The notes: generated from the letters alone by a model not told the origin. 64,000 nt of DNA from Antedon mediterranea (GCF_964355755.1 NC_092675.1:8613812-8677811); one strand, 5' to 3'. Positions 1-12,612 are shown, counted from the stretch's first letter. A program made the numbers and translations.

Positions 1-668
1 CAAAACCAGTCTAAAGTTATACCTCTGATTCCATAATTATGTAATTGACTTGTATATTTTGTTATGTTTCTCCTACAGGAGGTGAATAAATTTGAATACA
101 TCAATCAAAGAATTTAAAATCAACAAACACAGATAACAGAAATTGTCCTTTTTTCAAAAGAAGTTATGTTATTCATAAGATCAAGGATTGCATGAGTAGT
201 AGAATATAGAAAACCGTAATGATAAGTATAAAGTACATTATTAAAATTAAGAAAGGCATAAAGACACGATTGCATTAGTTTTTCAATGATTTTAACTTTT
301 CCAATTTTAAAACATTTGGGAAACTACCTAAAGAAGAATGAATACAAAAAAATAAAAATGTTATACCATACCATTTTACTGTGTTTGTTCATGAATAAAT
401 AAATTAAAATAGTCATCTAAGTTCCTAATTTACATATTCAAATTGCAGCATGGTACTATTCAATAGCCAATGCGTTTAGATTTTCAACATCCAACTCATA
501 AACATTCAGCTTGTTAATGTTATACAAATATAACATATCACAAGGGGTTTATCATCAATCGGTACATTTCTTGTGTCAGTACAGTACATCAGCTACAATT
601 GTTTTTAAATTCTACAGATGATGATTTCAAGCAAACTTTGTACATATTTATACATTCCATGTCAGTTA

Positions 669-861
669 TTAGGATTTCTGCTCAATATTAGCAATATTAA
701 AATTCAACTTGTCCATGAGGTCATTGACCTGAGATTGGAGTGCCTCTACAACATCTGCTGCAACAAATAAATGTGTCTCATCAAGATCAGCAACAATGAA
801 GCGTTTCTTAAGAATTTCTTTTGCATCTAAATGTAGTAGAAATTGTTTCATAGTTGGGTCA
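669..861 (-). CDS. GTF2H5: GTF2H5/TFB5 (TFIIH subunit p8), last coding exon
   Basis: Translation DPTMKQFLLHLDAKEILKKRFIVADLDETHLFV...LQSQVNDLMD closely resembles TFB5 (human CDPAMKQFLLYLDE...FIIQDIDDTHVFV...LQERVGELMD). Minus-strand acceptor ttttttaattacag ends at 862; TAA stop at 669-671. Confidence 0.95.
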
Positions 862-2726
862 CTGTAATTAAAAAAATCAAATATAAAACACAAAGAAGCA
901 TCCTACCCTAAAGAAACAAAAATCGAAACATTGAAAATGTTTAAAAAGAAGATTGCATCATTCTCTTTTAAATGTTATGTTTTTTGAGATACAAATAAAT
1001 GAAACTAATAATTTTACAGTATACTAGGCAAATTGCTACTCAGTGAAAATTACCTATTTTATAAAGCATATAAACTCATTTTGATGTTGCTATTTAAGCC
1101 ATACAGGCTTAAACCTCACAGTATGCATTTAGGCTAGATATATAAGCTACTGTGAGGATACAGTCAAGTCGCCTTTTCGCAGAGTCTCCCTTTTTAACTT
1201 TAACATAATTTTTAATTCTTAATTCAATACCGTTTTTATATTTTTATAATAAGTTTTTTATTTAATAAATTATCATGCCAGCTAGACAAAGAAATAGTTA
1301 ATAGTGCCTCCTACTAGCCTATATTTCAGTCTGGTATCTATGGAGCGCCGCTAGATACGCTGTTTTAATCTTATCCGTTTCGTTTGAACAGTCGTGTTTG
1401 TATAAACGTGCATTTAGAAAAACTACAAATAATTTTGAATAAAAAGTGATTTTACCTCAATCGGTATTATTATTATTTAGAGTAAAATTAAAATATGAAT
1501 ATGTTTATTTCCTATTATACATAATTTGTATTTTCGTTTATTTAATGTTAAAGCCCCATTCCCTACGTTTTTAAGATCACAAACTATATATAATGTAAAA
1601 ATAATACTATATGGTCCTATTGCGATAACTTTTTTCGTCTTTAAACGGTTAAAAATATGAAAAATAAATCGATTCTAATAATTATAGCGGCCCGCTATAA
1701 ATCCCAAAATGCATTGCGCGCGGATTGATATTTTTGTTTTTCACCTGTAATTCGCCCACTTTTCGATCGATCGTGAAGCCAAAACAAATGGAAGACTCCC
1801 AAATTTTCAGCGAAAATACCGGGTTTTCCCCAATTTGTATCAACGGAGTCTGGCAAAAATAGAAAGACAATTAATGCAGCAACTATACAACGTCAGGCTA
1901 GGTATATAGCTAGCGTACGATGTTCGTACGTTATGATGTTTACCAGCTAGGCCTACAAAACTAAGCCTAGCTAGGCTAGGCCTAAGACCGTCCACGAGAG
2001 GTCGATCGCCGCGAGCTACTTAGGTAGTGCATTGTTTCTCACTTTTTATCATAATTTACCATAAAACGTACATTTAAAACAAGGAATGACATGGTTTAAT
2101 GTTTTTAAAGTGATATATATGTATTATTTTCCAAAAAACGTCCAAAATTGCAGGGAAGGGGTCTTTAACTAATTAAATAAGATTTTAAAATTAGTTACCA
2201 GAGCCTGCCTATTGCATATTTTGAAACCACAATTACGATGCCTTCAAGTGGATACCAGCTCATTTTCATTACCGTAGTAGTTTTAGGATAATATAATAAT
2301 AAGTAGAGAATAATTATACCATACTGTTATAAATTAGCAGGGTTAAAGTTTTTTTTTTAACTAGACAAGAGGACCAAATAATGTTATCTTTTTCTGTTCA
2401 CATTTTCTAGTGTACGTGCATTTGGCATTTTTGTGCGGATAAATGTTATTTTTGTATATGTTATGTTATGATTTGTATATAGGCCTACCGTATAAGATTG
2501 TTTGAAATTCCATTTTTTAGACAAAAAGCCTGCAAGGCTGTGGGGTCAAATCATGCGTAGAATTCGTGTTACATGTTTTAGCTGACCACACTACAGGATT
2601 CTCCTTTTATATAGAAAAAACATGCATTAATAGCGTGTGAAATAGACAACGCAATAATGACGTATGATTTGTCAATTTTTTTAATTAAATAATTCAGTGA
2701 AATGATCATAACAGTTTATAAATATA

Positions 2727-5700
2727 AGTGGAGTCTGTTAGGGATATTTTGGTTCACTTTTTTCCAAAAGCATCAAATTTGGTATACAGGTTGCCCACCC
2801 TATACAAATTAAATTTTTGATGGGCGCCAAGCAAAATGACCCCTTGGGTCACCTAATTTGCATAATTTTAAATGGCGGACACTTTCGCTTAAACAGTCTA
2901 CAGTATATCTCTGAAACTACTGGTCATAGAGAGTTGATTTTTAGCTCAAAATGTTCAGAACATAAACATCCCTATTTACTCTAATGAAGTATTTTTGAAA
3001 AAAATGACCGGAAGTACCAGTTTTAACCTTTGACACATATTTTAAGGCATTGCCATATCTCAGTAAATAGTTGTCACAGACAGTTTATTTAAGTGTCAAA
3101 TTGTTCAGAATATATATGTTACTATTTAGTTTAATGAAACATTTTATCCAAAAATGACCGGAAGTACTCAGTTTTGCCTTTGACGGTTACGGTTTAATTA
3201 CCAACCTTGTTACGGTTAATATATTTTGATATCCATAAAACTACTTGTCATAGAGAGTTAATGTTGGTGTCAAAATGTTCAGAACATGAACATTTCTATT
3301 TACTATAATAAAGTTTTTTCTAAAATAATGACCAGAAATACCATATTTGACCTTTGACCTGTTTTTTCAGGCAAATTGCTATATCTCATTATTGGGTTGG
3401 CGTCGAAAGTTCATTTTGGTGTCAGATTGTTCAGAATATATATGTTACTAAAATGTTTAATAGAAGATTTTTCCAAAAAATGTCAGGAAGTACAGTTGAG
3501 CTGTTACATACATAAAATTATAAATTTGTTCAAGTTAACTGTATATTTATATTATTTTGCAATCCACTTTTGAGCACTTGTCGAAGATGGCTACTTGCAT
3601 GTGCAATTGAACGAAGTATACTGAATGAAGTTGAATATAGTCCTATTTGTAGTGAGTCTAGAGTAACGCAAATGAGAGAAAATTGTATAGACAAAAAATA
3701 CCCAATCAGATCTCATTCTCATCTAATCGAGTACTTAAATGAAGTCTTCTACACATTTAGCAATAATGTTTACTGATGAAATCTATTCAAGTTTTGTTTT
3801 GGAAAGTTAGTGTTTCCATCACTTGTGTTTGTTTGGTTGTTACATTCAGGGTAATTGTCCTATATTGCATTTCTTCGCTGAGTATCTTTCTTTAAAGGGC
3901 AGGGAACATTTTCGCCAGTGTAGCGTAGCAAAAAGCTATACAAAACAACCTTATTTCTACACATTTTGAAAATTGTGTAGCAAAAAATACAATACAAAAC
4001 TATGTTTCTCGACTTAAAAATCAGTTTGATTAGCAATATTGCTAAACAAAATTTTTAAATGAAAATTTTCCCTGAAGGGCCTTCAAACTGGGGTATAACC
4101 TACTAATTAAAAGGATGGACATTTTCGGGATGCACAATATAAAAACTAGACTACTGTTGCCATATCACGAACCACAACTGAAAAATATATTTTTTCCACC
4201 AGACCTAAAGTAATCCTTGGTCCTTCAAACTTGGCACAATTCTCGAATTTTAATTTTTAAAAATTTGGCCATCATCTGGACACGATTTGGGTATTACAGT
4301 TTTGTTACTTATGACATTACGCCTTAGTATCATCTTTTTAATTATTGCCTTTTTACTTGATTTTTGGTTGATTAGTAAATGTTAAATTGTTGTTATATTG
4401 GAATTGGTAACAACTCTTGGCTTGTGTAACATAATGTATTGATGAGCTGTTTTAACCTCATGAACAGATTTACTTTTATTACTTTCATTTCTTTTATACA
4501 TTTTCAAAGTATTGAATGATGTGTCCTTTCTCATATCGAGTATTTGGAAAATAATGGCTTATTCAAACTTCTTTAGCAATCCTTGAACAGTCTGGTTGGT
4601 TCAGTCACCATAAGCACATGTATGGTAATTGTAATATTTTCAGTGTTCTCGTAAAGACGAAATGCCCCATCATGTTCTGAGCTTGAGTATGATATTGTTT
4701 CTTAGAAATGAGGCTAAACCTTTTTGTTGATTTTTGCACAACATTTCCATTCATAAAATTTGCATTGTTCACATAGTCAAGGACATGCAATACAGAGTTC
4801 ATTTTAAGTTTGAAAAAAGGGCAATATATGAAAAAGAGGATACTAGAGCGTAACATGTCATTAGTAACAAAACTGTTCCTATTCATCCAATCTCTTCTAG
4901 ATGATTACTGTATATGGTCGATTTCTTTTTTTTTTTTAATTTGAAAATCTTTGAGAACCACCAAGCTGGACGGTCCTTGGATGACTTAGGTCTGGAGGAC
5001 AGAAATCTTCGGTGTCTTTTCCCCATTCAGTGGTTGTTCGTGTTATGGCAACAAAGAGAAATGTAGCAACATGAAATTGTTATGCAACAGCAAACACAAG
5101 TGACGGAAACACTAACTTTCCAAAACTAAACTTTTACTGGATTTCATCAGTAGGCCTACACATTATTGCTAAATATGTGGAAGACTTCATTTAAGTACTC
5201 GATTAGATGAGATTGGGTATTTTTTGTATATACAATTTTCTCATTTCTCATTTACATTACTCTAGACTCACTACAAATAGGACAATCTATTCAACTTCAT
5301 TCAGTATACTTTGTTCAATTGCACATGCAAGCAGCCATCTTCGACAAGTGCTCAAAAGTGGGTTGCAAAATAATATCATAAATATACAGTTAACTACAGT
5401 ATACAATTAACTGAACAAATTTATAAATTTTATGTATTTAACAAGTCAATAACTATACTTCCTGATATTTTTTTGAAAAGTCTTCTATTAAGCAGAATAG
5501 AAACATATATTCTGAACAATCTGACACCAAAATTAACTTTCCACTCCAAACCAATAATGAGATATGGCAATTTGCCTGAAAAAACAGGTCAAAGGTAAAA
5601 TATGGTATTTCTGGTCATTATTTGAGAAAAAACTTTATTATAGTAAATAGAAATGTTTATGTTCTGAACATTTTGACACCAAAATTAACTCTCTATGACA

Positions 5701-8479
5701 AGTAGTTTATGGATATCAAAATATATTAACCGTAACAAGGTTGGTAATTAAACCGTAACGGTCAAAGGCAAAACTGAGTACTTCCGGTCATTTTTGGATA
5801 AAATGTTTCATTAAATTAAATAGTAACATATATATTCTGAACAATTTGACACTTAAATAAACTGTCTGTGACAACTATTTACTGAGATATGGTAATGCCT
5901 TAAAATATGGGTCAAAGGTTAAAACTGGTACTTCCGGTCATTTTTTTCAAAAAAACTTCATTAGAGTAAATAGGAATGTTTATGTTCTGAACATTTTGGG
6001 CTAAAAATCAACTCTCTATGACCAGTATTTTTAGAGATATAGACTGTTTAAGCGAAAATGTCCGCCATTTTAAATTATGCAAATTAGGTGACCCAAGGGG
6101 TCATTTTGCTTGGCGCCCATCAAAAATTGAATTTGTATAGGGTGGGCCAAAGATACTATAGCGCCACAAAGTGGCGCAAGATAGGGAAGTCCTATCTCTT
6201 ATACACTGCGCATGAGTGAAATTCCATGGGCAGCCATTCCGGCAAGCAAGTTACGCGATCACATACCCCGGAAGTGTATAATAAACCATTGAACCACCAC
6301 ATCCACGTGTGACGTGTTATTGTTTGTTCGGGAAGTTTTCTCGTGTTGTATTGGGTATGTAGTGGAAAGTTTTTAGAATATATATTTTTTTGTTAGTAAA
6401 CATTAACAAAATTATTAAATTGTTGGATAAATTTAGTTCAGGTAGGCGTTTCTGCGCAATCCGATCTAGGGCCTAGATAGTAGTAGGCCTAGGCATATTT
6501 AATTGCCGAATGCTAGTAGGCCTAGTTTAGTTACTAATAAAAAAAAGTCTGGGAGGATGAATGATATTGATTGGCGGCTTGATAGATGGATCAAACAAGG
6601 CTTGGATGGATGGAAGATTAAGAAAAAAACTGAAGCTGTTCGGGAATTAGGAGTTTTTAATAAAAATGTACAAGACAATATGGCGTTTTATTAATAATAA
6701 CATTAACAGAAATAATTAAATGTAATGAAATAAAAAATCGTTATAAAACAATAAAATCATAGCTTAGGTAGGTCTCCTAAAAACCAAAACACTGAGGATG
6801 TTATTGTTTGTTTTTTTTATTTAATAAATTTAAATTATAAATTTGATCCTCATATTTATTTTGTTCTTCATCTTTATTTGAAAAATATTTAGTTAATTAA
6901 TGTAAACATTTTTGAATACTTACTAGTCCTATTATTGGCATTATTTCTGGATATTATATTTACAACTGAACAATCTAGGTTTTCACACATTTAAATTACA
7001 AATAGTATATTGACTTTTGTTTTGAATTTTAAAATGTATAGTATTTTAAAATACTATAATAAGTAATCAAATGATTATGTAACAGTTCGAAAAGTGACCA
7101 AATAATTTAATGATATATTTTTCCCTATTTCAGAAAGATATAGTCTGTCATCATACTGTATAATTACTATTGAGAAGATAGTTGATTGAGTGCACAGTGG
7201 TATTTTACACAAGAATTAAATACAAAGGCCAGAACTGATGGACAATTATATTTTAATAGTAATAATAGTTTATATTTTTGATTCTTGAAAAGGAGCAGTA
7301 TCCTATGGGATTACAAATAAAATCACTATTTTCACACACCTCATACTTTAAAGTGAAAGGAAATAAACAGAATTCAGTTATTATCAGTACTGTTGTTTAG
7401 GCCTATTGGCTTCTTTTGTAATACAAGAAATCAAAATAATAGAATTTTCCTTGTATTTAAGAAGGCTAAAACCATACATTCGTAATTTATTTATTGAGTG
7501 TATTTAATTATTCCATATCATTTATTAATACTGTATAAACAACTTATATAAGTTAGATTTTTCAGTATTTTTATTGCATTTTAATCCTGTCTGTAATATT
7601 GAAAGTTGAGCTAATAAAAGTGGGTTGAAAAGAACAAATTATGATTATGAATGAATTTTTAAAATTAATATTTAATACTTTTACTTTTTTGAAATAAAAA
7701 AAATGTAACAATTGTTTTTGTATCAAGTAATGTATGTACAGTATACTACAGTTGTGGCAGATCGGAGTAAAATTCCCCTTGCAATGAAATAACTTTGTAG
7801 GCCTGAAGCACACAAAATAGAAAGAGAGGGTCCGAACAGGGGAAAGAACATCTCCCTGCCCCATTAATTTAAAAAAAAAAAAATTAAAAAGACAGTTTTG
7901 GACAATATATTTGGCAATTATTACAATTCATCTCCAAAAAAAGCTTCTCTCGCACATAAACTGTGCCATCATCCCAGCCTAGGCCAAACGCGGCCGACCT
8001 TGGGCGTGAAGTGCGTAGCATCACGCTGCGCCCCGCGACACTATTTATAACTATGCCTCAACCTACTGCCTACAAAATTCGTCCTCCATACAGTCAGTGT
8101 TTATTCTGTAGCCGTTTGAGGTTGGAGAGTGATATACGCATATGTAAGTGTAATATGAAATGGAGTAAATTTATATAATCGAAATTTATATAGCTGTTCT
8201 TTCATTTTGACGCGAAAGATAAAATAAAGTCGTACTGTTTATCGCGTAGATGTAAATCCTGTTTACATTGATTTGGTGGCGTGCCGCATTGCCTACTGGG
8301 TAATCCGCTTGCCGGAATGGCTGCCCATGGAATTATCATTTTTCGAGCGTCAGTTCCATATCTTGCGCCACTACGTGGCGCTATACGATCTTTGGGGTGG
8401 GCAACCTGTATACCAAATTTGGTGCTTTTGGAAGAAACTGAACCAAACACCCTTATTTCAGCCCTAACAGACTCCACTA
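2727..8479. mobile_element. Non-autonomous DNA transposon with ~1.1-kb TIRs (Academ-like terminus, tentative), in the GTF2H5 intron
   Basis: Left arm 2727-~3831 is the reverse complement of ~5091-6147 plus 8395-8478; the right arm is split by a nested insertion. Right end reads ...ccctaacagactccacta (TAGTGGAG on the minus strand). The arms contain ~150-170-bp subrepeats (tgttcagaa...aaaatgaccggaagtac). No clean TSD found, so the superfamily is an inference. Confidence 0.8.
6148..8394. mobile_element. P-element-like non-autonomous transposon nested in the right TIR of the larger element
   Basis: Termini CAAAGAT...ATCTTTG with a 36-bp TIR (4 mismatches) and further subterminal inverted similarity (attccatgggcagccattccggcaagc). 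Perfect 8-bp TSD GGGTGGGC at 6140-6147 and 8395-8402. The empty site is visible in the left arm (2793-2800). No transposase ORF. Confidence 0.85.
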
Positions 8480-9101
8480 TTATTAAGGCGATTAAAAATG
8501 TATCGTATTTATTTAACAGCAAATAAGTCAGTGTTGTCGTTTGTATTGTAATTAATAAATGTTCAATTATATTGCACGTGTCCATCCCCCTTAATATCCA
8601 CTTGTTTCATGGGAAAGTATCCACTAATAAATATAGAAGGTGTCCCCAAAGAAGAGCTACTACTGTCACCATGGATACTCTTTACAAAATACAGGTCTAG
8701 GCCTCTAGCTAGTCTATATAGGGCCAGGCTGCGGCCAGGCTAGGCTAGATAGGCTAGAATTGAAGTACATATGTTCAATATTTTGTATCACGAACGCGTG
8801 GTGGAAAGAACACATTTATGATTTAATTTATTTTATGGTGAACAATTATTTTATAAATGCAATTAATTTTTTTTTTTTTAAATGGGCCCGATCGTCTAGG
8901 CCTCTAGGCCTAGGCTCATTATATTGCATTGGCCCGAACGTCCACAAATTTGGGTCCGATCGCCCTTCTTGTTGGCCCAGATCGTCTGTCAATCGACGAT
9001 TCGTCCCACACCAAACATTCCCGGATTCTTCTGGACCCCTCTAGCCAGGCCCAGCCTACCATAAATGATTTCATTCACTGTAGAAATGGATGTGTACTAA
9101 C

Positions 9102-9136
9102 CATTCAACTAAAACTCCTTTAGTCACATTTACCAT
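9102..9136 (-). CDS. GTF2H5: GTF2H5/TFB5 first coding exon (MVNVTKGVLVE + TG)
   Basis: Minus strand reads aaacaaaATG GTA AAT GTG ACT AAA GGA GTT TTA GTT GAA TG|gttagt, matching the TFB5 N-terminus MVNVLKGVLIEC. The phase-2 intron joins TG+T to give Cys; spliced CDS is 228 nt (75 aa). Not in the ORF track. Confidence 0.93.
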
Positions 9137-9225
9137 TTTGTTTTTGCACAGATAGATATCCACAGGCCTAGCCAAGCACGTCGTACGTCGTACACTATAT
9201 AGTAGTCTGGGCGGGCGGGCTCCAA

Positions 9226-10868
9226 CAGCGTTGCCAGCGATAAAATTTAAATTATGCCGTATCTTGTCTCAAAAAATGCCAGATTGGGAAAAATAATGCC
9301 AGATCCCCAAAATGTGGCCCTAAACAGCGCCACCAACGGTTGTATGTCTAATAAACGTTTGTAGATAACCCCAACTGACACAAAATAGGGCCTAAAATTG
9401 TATCCCTATGTCGTTCAAAAATTTATATTTTTAGTTAATTTTGTGAGTAATAACTAATAATTCTAAAAATATCTGGGGTGCGAAAATGGTAATTGCAAAT
9501 GACACCAACACCAATCCACGCCCCCCCACCTCCCAAAAAAAAACCTGTTACAGCCATGGAAATTTAGAATTTTTGAGCTGAAATATGAGAGCTGCTCGAT
9601 CTTTGCACTTAATTTCAAATATGAAAGGATCTTAGCCCACCATAATTATAAAATAGCAATTATAATTTAAAATAGGAAATAAAAATATATATTAAGTGTC
9701 TCCAGGACCTCAGCCCCACCATGGTTTATATAAGAAAATTTGGAAAAATGCTGATGGCCGGAAATGCCACTAAATTTAAAATATGAAATAAAAATATATT
9801 TATTAGTTTCTCCAGGATCTTAGCCCACCATAGTTCGAAAATGGCAATTATAATTGAAAATAGGAAATCAAAATATATATTAAGTGTCTCCAGGACCTCA
9901 GCCCGACCATGGTTGGGGCTGAGGTACGAAAATTTGGAACATAGAGCTGCTCGATGGCCGGAAATGGCACTTAATTTCAAATATGAAATAAAAATATATT
10001 TATTAGTACCCCAGGATCTTAGCCCACCACATAGTTCGAAAATGGCAATTATAATTTAAAATAGGAAATAAAAATGTATAAGTGTCTCCAGGACATCAGC
10101 TCCACCATGGCTGGTGCTGAGGTAAGAAAATTTGGAAAAATAGAGCTGCTCAATGGGCGGTAATGGCACTTAATTAGAAATAAAAATTACCTTGCCCACT
10201 ATGGTCACTACTGGGGCTGAGAGGTGAAGAACATTTGGGAAAATAGGGTTGCTACGACGATGCAAATGGAATATAATTTGAAATATGGAAAACAAATTCT
10301 CTAGAAGAAATTCTTTTTAAAATTAGAGCTTCTAAGTTACCGGAAATTGCCATTTTAAGGGTTGGGGTAGGGATGCGGCCGCTTATAATTATGAACTGAA
10401 AAAACAAATCCCCTTTCATAATGTTTTCGTTCAATTGTCTCTACACCCATGGGGATCCAATAACCTGCATGAACTCTGAAATAGAGCAATAATTGGCCAA
10501 TAGCAAGCCTCTTCGGATTTTTTGTACTGCCTATATCGCCGCACACACGGTAGTTTTCGAGCAGCCTTCCTATCCGAAGAGTCGATTAAGTCCGAAACGA
10601 AAGGATGGAAGGACTATTGTACGGAAAACCCGAACAGATCTGTTTTGTGTTACGATATGATATTGTATAAGGTGATAACATGTATTAAATTGCAAGATTT
10701 ATAAACAAAATATTTTATTTTTGTTCTGTGGTATATTATTTTTTTGGTTCAAAAAACACAAAATTATGCCAGATTATGCTAAAAACGGCTAAATAATGCC
10801 GCGGCATTATGCCAGATGCCGTGGGCCTAATGCCAAAAAGCATAATAATGCCAGAAATGGCAACTATG
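9226..10868. mobile_element. Probable hAT-like non-autonomous element
   Basis: Ends CAGCGTTGCCA ... TGGCAACTATG (imperfect 11-bp TIR), with clustered subterminal (a/t)atgcc(aga) motifs at both ends. The TSD is only partially matched (gctccaa / cctccag). Confidence 0.55.
9565..10200 (+). repeat. Imperfect tandem repeat of ~200 bp, about 3 copies, inside the hAT-like element
   Basis: Recurring gcacttaatttcaaatatgaaa / ggatcttagcccaccat / ggcaattataatttaaaataggaaat / aagtgtctccaggacctcagc blocks. Confidence 0.8.
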
Positions 10869-10869
10869 C

Positions 10870-11389
10870 CTCCAGACGGAGTTTTGTAAAAATATAAATA
10901 TTTTTGCACATATGGCGTTTCATACGTGTATTACTTGAGTTTGGATATTACTTGATTTGCGGATAAGCTAGCCTATCATATCAAGACGAGTTTTCATGTT
11001 CTTGGGAAAAAATCCCATCAAATGTTTACCAGACTACTAGGCATATAAAATAATTTCTAGCCTTCAGAAACTTTCATAAATGTACCCAAGTACACATTGT
11101 CTAAACGTAACATAGCGCATGCGCATCATCTTAGTTGTTGAGTCTTTGAAATTCTGAAATATGAATATTAAAACAGTGTACGAGTGAGTAGCCAATCGCA
11201 TGCAGCTGAAACTAGTCAACCGGATAATCGTATGCACCAAGGATTCTTGGTGTCAAACCACGTGACTTGTGCGTGTTTCCCCAGACGGAGTATCCAAAAT
11301 CAAGTAGTATACGTATGAAACTCCATATGTGCCAAAATATTTATCTTTTTACTAATATTAAGACAAAACTCCGTCTGGAACCCAGACTA
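10870..11389. mobile_element. MITE with ~80-bp TIRs (TAGTCTGGG...CCCAGACTA family)
   Basis: ccagacggagttttg...catatggcgtttcatacg (10872-10927) is inverted at ~11311-11378 and ends cccagacta at 11389. The missing left tip tagtctggg may be the one at 9203, displaced by the hAT-like insertion. Confidence 0.65.
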
Positions 11390-11390
11390 C

Positions 11391-12245
11391 CTTCGTCGAT
11401 ACAACGTCAATCTTTTACGTCGATACAACGTTATAATCGGGTTGAAACCTGACCATTTAAAGTCGATCTACCATCGTCGATACAACGTCAATACTACAAC
11501 GTTGATACAACGTTGAAATAAGGTTGAAATCTGAAAATTTAAAGTCGATCTACCATCGTCGATACAACGTCACTATTTAACGTTAATACAACGTTGAAAT
11601 ATGGTTGAAGTCTGACAATTTAGGTCGATCTACCTTTGTTGATTCAACGTCACTATATAACGTAGTATCAACGTTGAAATAAGGTTGAAGCCTGACAATT
11701 TAAGGTCGATCTACCATCGTCGATACAACGTCACTATTTAACGTTAACGTTGAAGTCTGACAATTTAAGGTCGATCTACCTTTGTTGATTCAACGTCGAT
11801 ACAACGTCACGATATTAACGTTGATGCAACGTTGGGATCAGGTTGAAGTCCGACCATTTAATGTCGATCCACCATCGTCGAAACAACGTCACAATATTAA
11901 CGTTGATGCAACGTTGGAATCAGGTTGAAGTCTGACCATTTAATATCGATCTACCATCGTCGAAACAACGTCGCTATTTAACGTTGATACAACGTTGAAA
12001 TCAGGTTGAAGTTTGATAATTTAAGGTCGGTCTGCCATCGTTGAAACAACGTCACTATATTGACGTTGATATACCGTTGGAATTAGGTTGAAATCTGATA
12101 AGTTCTGGTCGATCTACCATCGTCGATATACGTCACTATATTAACGTTGATACAAGGTTGGAATTAGTTTGAAGTCTGACAATATTAAAGGCCGGTCTAC
12201 CCGTCGTTGATACAACGTCACTATTTAACGTTGATACAACGACAG
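11391..12245 (+). repeat. Minisatellite, ~81-bp unit, about 10 copies, rich in CAACGTTG/GTCGA
   Basis: gtcgatc(t)acc anchors (some degenerate) at 11462, 11544, 11624, 11705, 11770, 11863, 11945, 12026, 12108 and 12191. Confidence 0.9.
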
Positions 12246-12612
12246 AATCCGTGGTCCGTTTTGCGTTATATTTGCGAACGCTTTCATTCGCCTCTTTACC
12301 GGATTCCGGTCTCACTAAAAAACTTAAAGGTCGATAAAACTCCAAATTAGGCCTAGGCCTATTCATTATTACATGCAATGAACGTATTAAAAATTACAGT
12401 ACCGTAGTTCATTACATTACGTAAAAACATGATTCAAGGTGATTAATTTTCCCCAATCACGTAGTAGAAGCATGCCGTACGCGCCCACACGCGTGAAATG
12501 TTACATACATTTTCCCGCCGCATTTCGTCGTTCAAACGCTGCACAGCTTCGGATGAGAGCAGTAAATGTAGGCCTACGTCGACGATACCTTGATTATTTA
12601 CAGCGTTTATTT

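Noticed and set aside
862-893. N-terminus MCFIFDFFNYS of the ORF called at 669..893
   Set aside because: This is the intron's polypyrimidine tract and acceptor; the true start is at 9136.
1160-2030. GC/CpG-richer intronic stretch with the palindrome ttatagcgg-c-ccgctataa near 1682-1700
   Set aside because: Possibly a TE fragment, but no matching termini or TSD could be found.
3832-5090. Possible transposase remnant between the long TIRs (ORF 4605..4886)
   Set aside because: No recognisable motif by eye; a translated profile search would be needed.
2793-6147. Reading the ~1-kb inverted arms as a separate element inserted into another TIR
   Set aside because: No TSD fits that reading, whereas the GGGTGGGC duplication shows 6148-8394 is the inserted piece.
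7571-9123. Short ORFs in the GTF2H5 intron and TE ends
   Set aside because: They overlap TIR or low-complexity sequence, several use non-ATG starts, and none resembles a known protein.
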